From Candidatus Omnitrophota bacterium (lineage in GTDB: Bacteria; Omnitrophota; Gorgyraeia; Zapsychrales; Zapsychraceae): 64,000 bases of DNA. The stretch covers positions 6,855-70,854 of the forward strand of contig JACROV010000079.1 in the NCBI GenBank assembly GCA_016214285.1. Reading direction: 5' to 3'. Numbering within the stretch: position 1 is the first letter of the stretch; each line of letters begins with the position of its first letter. This document shows, piece by piece, positions 59,059 to 64,000 of this stretch. Below the pieces are notes generated by a model. It was not told the origin of the DNA. It worked only from the letters and a program-made list of their open reading frames with translations, and ran no database searches. The position numbers and the translations under genes are program-made.

Positions 59059-61287
59059 TTGAACCTTCTTAAATACAAAGTTTTGGCTTTCCCAATGATC
59101 GACCTCTGGCTTCTGAGGGCCGTTACCGGCATCAGCGCCTTTTTGTTATTTCAGATAGAATTGATCATCGCCAAAATATTTTTGCCGTATTATGGGGGCA
59201 GTTATCTGGTGTGGGGGGCCTGTGTCGTGTTCTTCCAGGCGGCGTTGTTGGCCGGGTATCTTTTCGCCCATGGGCTTATTCAAAAATATGGCATGCGGCG
59301 GTACCGTTGGGTGCATCTTTTTTTGATCTTTTTACCGTTGTTATTTTTCCCGGGGCGGCCGCTGGCCGCGGGGCCCTCGGGATATTCTCTGCCGCTGGCC
59401 CTGGATGTTTTTTTGCGGCTGTGCGCGACGATCGGCCCGGTCTTTTTCGTCCTCTCGACGGTCAGCATCACCTCTCAAATGTGGCTTTCCTCGTCCTCGC
59501 TTTCTTCAAAGTTTAATCCTTATGCGCTGTATTCGGTATCCAACTTCGGGTCCTTCGCGGCCTTATTGAGTTATCCCTTTGTCTTCGAGGCATATTGGGA
59601 CATTTCCCAGCAACTGCAGTTCTGGTCCGTCCTTTATCTTGTGTTCGCTGGATTGAGTGTCTGGGCAGGGCAAAAAATAAGAATAAAAGAAAAGGTGGTT
59701 GCTCCAGACCAAGCTGATGGAGAGACAGGACCATCCCGGAAAGTCCAATGGTTCTTGCTGGGGTTAGCGGGGGTGATGGTGTTCCTTTCCGTTAACAACA
59801 TCATCACCAACGAGATCGTCCCTGTGCCGTTGTTATGGATCATGCCGCTGGGGTTATATTTGTTGTCCTTTGTCCTTAATTTCCGCGAAAGGGCCTGGTG
59901 CCCGGCGTGGATCGTCCGGTATATCCCGTTCTGGCTGGGCATCGCGGCGGTCATGTTTTTTCTTGTGGAAGAAAAAATATTCCCCATACCCGTCTCTTTA
60001 ATTTTGTTGTGCGGTATCCAGTTCATTTTGTGCATGTATTGCCAGAACCGGCTGATTTCGTTAAGGCCGCGCGACGACCGGCACCTGACATTCTTTTATG
60101 TCATGTTCTCTTTCGGAGGGTTTGTCGGCGGGGTATTGACTGCCTGGTTCATCCCGGTAGTCTCTTATTCGATTATCGAATATCTGATCGGGCTTGTGGT
60201 CATAGCCGCGACGCTGGTATTCGAGGAGAGAAGGTTTTCGTTGCGCTGGCGGCACATCCTGTGGACCGTCGCTTTGGTCGCCGCCGTCATAACGTGGCCG
60301 ACATGGTATCCCCGGTATAACTTTTGGTGTTTGTTGATGGTGTTGATGTTGTTCCGGCTTGTGTTCTGTTCTGCCTTTAAAGGCGCTCCCGCGGCGGTGG
60401 TTTTGAGCCTGGTCCTCTTGGGGGGAATCGCGTATTATCCGCTGGACCAGTTCAACACATCCAGGATCGTGCAGATCAAAAGAAATTACTATGGCATAAG
60501 CAAGGTCCTTGACTCCAATGGCATCCGCAGCCTGGTTCACGGCGAGACCCTGCACGGCGCCCAGTATCTCGCGCCAGACGAGAGGAATCATCCGCTCACA
60601 TATTACAGTCTCCCGATGCCGATAGGAGAGATCCTCTCTTCAGATGTTTTTTTCTTCTCGCGCATCGGTCTTGTCGGGTTAGGGACGGGGGCGTTATCCG
60701 CGTACGGGAAGCCGCACCAAACCCTGGATTTTTACGAGCTGGACCCGGACATATATATCATTGCCAACCAGTACTTCACGTATTTACGGGATTCCGCGGC
60801 CAAGATCAATTTTATTATCGGAGACGCCCGTCTCTCGCTGGAAAAAGATAAAATGGCGCGTTATGACCTGCTGATCGTGGATGCTTTCGGGGGCGACAGC
60901 ATCCCTTTTCATCTTCTGACGAAGGAAGCGATATCCCTTTACCGCGAGCGCCTTAGCAGCGCCGGGATTTTGATGTTCCATGTCAGTAATCGTTATTTGG
61001 AGCTAAGGAGCGTCCTGGCGAATGCAGGCGCTTCGCTGGACGCTCATGTCGGGTTTAAGGTCGGCAAAGACTCATCTTTGATCGACATCGTGTCCACCTG
61101 GGTCGTGATCACCTGGGATGACGCTTCGTTCGCGACCTTGCGCTCCGGGTTCGGTTGGAAAGAACTGACCCCGGGCGCCTTTGGCAAGACGCGCCTTTGG
61201 ACCGACCGTTATATCAATATCCTCCCCACGATAAAACTTCAGCAGTTTTTGGAATCCATTAAATCTTTTACGCCGTTTAGCTGGTAG
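59059..61287 (+). CDS. Fused polytopic membrane domain / spermidine-synthase-like (AdoMet MTase fold) protein
   Basis: About 450 aa of TM helices, then GLGTGAL...DLLIVDAF (spermidine synthase family). Confidence 0.7.
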   Translation: MNLLKYKVLAFPMIDLWLLRAVTGISAFLLFQIELIIAKIFLPYYGGSYLVWGACVVFFQAALLAGYLFAHGLIQKYGMRRYRWVHLFLIFLPLLFFPGRPLAAGPSGYSLPLALDVFLRLCATIGPVFFVLSTVSITSQMWLSSSSLSSKFNPYALYSVSNFGSFAALLSYPFVFEAYWDISQQLQFWSVLYLVFAGLSVWAGQKIRIKEKVVAPDQADGETGPSRKVQWFLLGLAGVMVFLSVNNIITNEIVPVPLLWIMPLGLYLLSFVLNFRERAWCPAWIVRYIPFWLGIAAVMFFLVEEKIFPIPVSLILLCGIQFILCMYCQNRLISLRPRDDRHLTFFYVMFSFGGFVGGVLTAWFIPVVSYSIIEYLIGLVVIAATLVFEERRFSLRWRHILWTVALVAAVITWPTWYPRYNFWCLLMVLMLFRLVFCSAFKGAPAAVVLSLVLLGGIAYYPLDQFNTSRIVQIKRNYYGISKVLDSNGIRSLVHGETLHGAQYLAPDERNHPLTYYSLPMPIGEILSSDVFFFSRIGLVGLGTGALSAYGKPHQTLDFYELDPDIYIIANQYFTYLRDSAAKINFIIGDARLSLEKDKMARYDLLIVDAFGGDSIPFHLLTKEAISLYRERLSSAGILMFHVSNRYLELRSVLANAGASLDAHVGFKVGKDSSLIDIVSTWVVITWDDASFATLRSGFGWKELTPGAFGKTRLWTDRYINILPTIKLQQFLESIKSFTPFSW

Positions 61288-61301
61288 GCAGGAGTGATCT
61301 G

Positions 61302-62870
61302 TTGTTCTCTGGAAAATATCCATTGGTACGAATACTTTTCTTGAACGCTTTGTCCGCGGGGCTGCTCATTTTGGCGTTCCCCCAAACGGATATCTGGCCC
61401 TTGGCCTGGATCGGGCTTGTTCCTTTGTTGCGCGGTCTGGACGGGCAAACGCCGGCGCGCGCGTTCGCTCGCGCGTATTTGTGCGGCATCCTTTTTTTTG
61501 CCGGGACGCTTTACTGGCTGATCCATGTGACGTTACCGGGAATGGTTTTGCTGGCCGCGTACCTTGCCGTCTATTTCGGCCTCTTCGGGGCTGGATATAA
61601 TTTTCTTGCCGGATCAAAAACAGCCTGGAAACCCTTCGGTATCGCCGGCCTGTGGACGCTTTTGGAATTCACCCGGGCGCATTTCTTGACCGGGTTTGGG
61701 TGGGCCAGCCTGGGGTATTCGCAATACAAAAATCTTTTGTTCATTCAGATCGCGGACTTGACGGGCGTTTACGGGGTGTCGTTTTTGGTCGTGCTGATCA
61801 ATTGTTTCTTGAAAGAAATTCTTGAACTTGTTCTTGCTCAAAAACGTTTCGGCAAAAGCGTGTTAGTTTTATCGTTGCGCGTTCCTGTCATCGTGCTGGT
61901 GCTGGTGTCGGGATACGGTATATCGCGGTTAACGCAGTTGCGTCAGACCACGGCAACACCGGGTGTTGCCGTGGTTCCCCAGGCCTCGATCGCGGTCATC
62001 CAGGCGAACATCCCGCAGTCGATGAAATGGTATGAACCCGCCTGGCCGGACATCATGGCGCGTTACAAGATCCTTACCGGGGCCGCGGCAAAAGAGAAGC
62101 CGGATCTGATCATCTGGCCGGAAACATCTTATCCCGGGATATTATGGGAAGATAAGAAATTATTTGACGAGCTGCGGGGTTTCGTCGCGCGGCTGGGTGT
62201 CCCGCTTTTGGTCGGCTCGATCGTGCGCGAGAACGGCCATTACTATAATACCGCCATTTTGTTATCAAAAGACGGGGAGATCCTTCAGCAATATAAAAAG
62301 ATCCATCTGGTGCCCTTCGGAGAATATATTCCGTTACGTCCTTTATTTCCCTTTTTAGAACATATTGTGCCCATCGCGGATTTTACGGCCGGCGGAGAGT
62401 ACACCGTTTTTGATTTTCCGCAAAAGGAGGGCGCCAAAGCCAAGGGTGGCGGGAGATCTTTTTCCGTTCTGATCTGTTTTGAGGATACGCTCGCGGGGCT
62501 CACGCGGCAATTCGTCCGGCAGGGGGCGGGACTTTTGGTCAACATGACCAACGACGCCTGGTTTAAGGATACCAAAGAGCCGTTCATGCACGCGCAGGCG
62601 TCGGTTTTCCGAAGCGTAGAGAACCGGCGGTCGCTGGTACGCGCCGCCAACACGGGGGTGAGCTGTTCTATCGACGCCTCCGGGCGTGTGGTCCAGGCCG
62701 TAGCGGATGAGCGCGGCAAGAAAACCTATGTGGCGGGATACGCGATCATGAAGGTCCGGTTTGACCGGCAAAAAACTTTTTATACGCGCTACGGAGATGT
62801 TTTTATAATGGGTTGTTGCGCGTGTCTGTTATGGGCGGCCGTCCGCAGGAGAAGGATCTTCAAACGGTAA
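61302..62870 (+). CDS. lnt: Apolipoprotein N-acyltransferase
   Basis: N-terminal TM domain and C-terminal CN-hydrolase domain (WPETS.., VLICFED). Contains an in-frame family E palindrome (TTATPGVAVV) at 61947-61975. Confidence 0.85.
   Translation: MFSGKYPLVRILFLNALSAGLLILAFPQTDIWPLAWIGLVPLLRGLDGQTPARAFARAYLCGILFFAGTLYWLIHVTLPGMVLLAAYLAVYFGLFGAGYNFLAGSKTAWKPFGIAGLWTLLEFTRAHFLTGFGWASLGYSQYKNLLFIQIADLTGVYGVSFLVVLINCFLKEILELVLAQKRFGKSVLVLSLRVPVIVLVLVSGYGISRLTQLRQTTATPGVAVVPQASIAVIQANIPQSMKWYEPAWPDIMARYKILTGAAAKEKPDLIIWPETSYPGILWEDKKLFDELRGFVARLGVPLLVGSIVRENGHYYNTAILLSKDGEILQQYKKIHLVPFGEYIPLRPLFPFLEHIVPIADFTAGGEYTVFDFPQKEGAKAKGGGRSFSVLICFEDTLAGLTRQFVRQGAGLLVNMTNDAWFKDTKEPFMHAQASVFRSVENRRSLVRAANTGVSCSIDASGRVVQAVADERGKKTYVAGYAIMKVRFDRQKTFYTRYGDVFIMGCCACLLWAAVRRRRIFKR
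61947..61975. repeat. Family E palindrome copy 3, in-frame inside lnt
   Basis: accacggcaacaccgggtgttgccgtggt is a perfect 29-bp palindrome. It encodes TATPGVA in the same frame as the alr copy. Confidence 0.75.
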
Positions 62871-63115
62871 AGAATCCGGCAGTGTTTTTGTTGTTCCTCA
62901 AGATGGCTGATGAGCAGAGGCTGGCCGCCGATCAAAAAGCCTTCGTTAATTCCGACTTCGACAGGCTATTTTGAAACGTGCTTTTGAAGGAAATTGAGCT
63001 ATATGAGGACTAATTTGGAATAATATTGCAGTTAGTGTAAATATAAATTAGCACTATTTATAATAAAATGTGAACTGCTATTGACATAATTAAATTATCC
63101 TGTTATTCTTAAATC

Positions 63116-64000
63116 ATGAAGAAAGACTCAATTCTCCCAACCGAGGCCGAGATATTACATGCTCTGCGAGACATCAATCCTTTTTGGATCAATAAGGATT
63201 GGCCAGATCTTCCTGCAATTCGTCGATATCCATTTTACAGTGCCATTAGCTATCTACAGGAACTTGGCTCGCAGAGAGCTATATTTTTTAGAGGATTTAG
63301 AGGCGTTGGAAAATCAACGTTGTTGCGACAGATGGGAGTTTGGCTTAGAAATGAACAAGAAATTAAAGCCTGGAATATTGTTTATGTCGATTTTGAAAAA
63401 CGGCCTTTGCGGCAGATCCCGTGGAACGTTTGGTTTAATACTTGGGAAAAGGAACTCAAGCCTTCTGAAGGCTTGGTTTATTTTCTTCTGGACGAAATTC
63501 AATACGCGGATGGCTGGGTCCAGGAAGTGCGGTCGTTGCTCGTTAACCCTCGATATCGAATTGTTGCCACCGGGAGCGCGGCGGCGGAAATCCAGACCGC
63601 GCTGGATCAGGAAGTCCGTCGCTGGATATCCCTTCATGTGCCGGCTCTGCTTTTTCATGAGTACCTGCTTATTTTTCATCCTCAAGAATACGCAAAAATC
63701 GAAAATGATATCCTTAAAGGACAGGTGTTTTTTGAGAAAGGGATTTTTGACGCGGCAGAGATGGGCCGTGTTTTTGATACATTAAAGGACCTTTTTAAAA
63801 ACTATCTTTTGCGCGGAGGTTTTCCAGAAGTTGCAAAAACAAAATTGAGCCTTCCGGAGGTCCAGCGAGTTCTCACCGATGTCGTCGACAAAGCGCTTTA
63901 CCAGGATATGAGAACCCAGTTCTCCCGGCAGGACATTGAAAATCTTGAGCGACTTCTTGAGTATGTTTGTCGGAACCCCGGCGTTTTACTGGATAAATCC
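63116..64000 (+). CDS. AAA_14/DUF4143-family ATPase (3' end beyond the window). Missed by the ORF track, which lists a spurious ORF in another frame.
   Basis: Manual translation from the ATG at 63116: MKKDSILPTEAEILHALRDINPFW...FRGFRGVGKSTLL...YFLLDEIQY...YLLRGGFPE..., open to the window end. Paralogous to the frameshifted ATPase at 15373. AT-rich. Confidence 0.7.
   Translation, partial: MKKDSILPTEAEILHALRDINPFWINKDWPDLPAIRRYPFYSAISYLQELGSQRAIFFRGFRGVGKSTLLRQMGVWLRNEQEIKAWNIVYVDFEKRPLRQIPWNVWFNTWEKELKPSEGLVYFLLDEIQYADGWVQEVRSLLVNPRYRIVATGSAAAEIQTALDQEVRRWISLHVPALLFHEYLLIFHPQEYAKIENDILKGQVFFEKGIFDAAEMGRVFDTLKDLFKNYLLRGGFPEVAKTKLSLPEVQRVLTDVVDKALYQDMRTQFSRQDIENLERLLEYVCRNPGVLLDKS

Noticed and set aside
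63159-63785. Listed 208-aa ORF.
   Set aside because: It is in the wrong frame. Manual translation from the ATG at 63116 gives a DUF4143/AAA_14 ATPase that is open to the window end.

Overview
This ~64 kb window is a chromosomal segment of a diderm bacterium; it carries Mla, LptF/G, Lnt and an outer-membrane porin. The gene order clpC, radA, yacL, ispD, ispF, cysE, cysS, tmk, holB, yaaT matches the conserved Firmicutes cluster. The core genome is about 55% GC. Core genes present are clpC (5' truncated), an mlaEFD operon, radA, yacL-like PIN/TRAM, ispD, ispF, cysE, cysS, tmk, holB, yaaT/ricT, metG, mtnA, thiL, tsaE, tsaB, alr, an ABC-F ATPase, a PAS-LuxR regulator, nirBD with an nrtABCD nitrate transporter and a porin, lptFG, comF, radC, prfB (with the canonical +1 programmed frameshift), secA, a fused membrane/spermidine-synthase-like protein and lnt. 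There are three accessory, AT-rich regions. (1) An island of about 4.5 kb lies at the 5' end of metG, with a diverged, displaced copy of the metG start. It carries minimal nucleotidyltransferase (MNT)-like and HEPN-type toxin-antitoxin (TA) modules, a frameshifted DUF4143 ATPase and a C39-like peptidase. These are separated by unusual arrays of GAATT-flanked hairpins. (2) A defence island contains a type I restriction-modification (RM) system, hsdR-fic-hsdM-[DUF3800 pseudogene split by an intact IS4-family IS with a 9-bp target-site duplication]-hsdS. It is followed by a three-gene cluster encoding a SIR2-like protein plus two membrane proteins, which is the best candidate for an undescribed defence system. 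(3) A PF01637-like ATPase with an orphan MNT lies at 57.4-59.0 kb. The window is also unusually rich in repeat families. These include a MITE-like intergenic element (3 copies), a ~330-nt diverged element with compensatory base changes (2 copies), a 19-29 bp GGCAACACCGGGTGTTGCC palindrome inserted in-frame in alr and lnt, a further in-frame palindrome in mtnA, TGGTAAA-repeat hairpins and a GGTTATCCGG palindromic motif. A promoter/terminator-bounded candidate sRNA or attenuator lies upstream of the PAS-LuxR gene. No tRNA, rRNA or CRISPR array was found.
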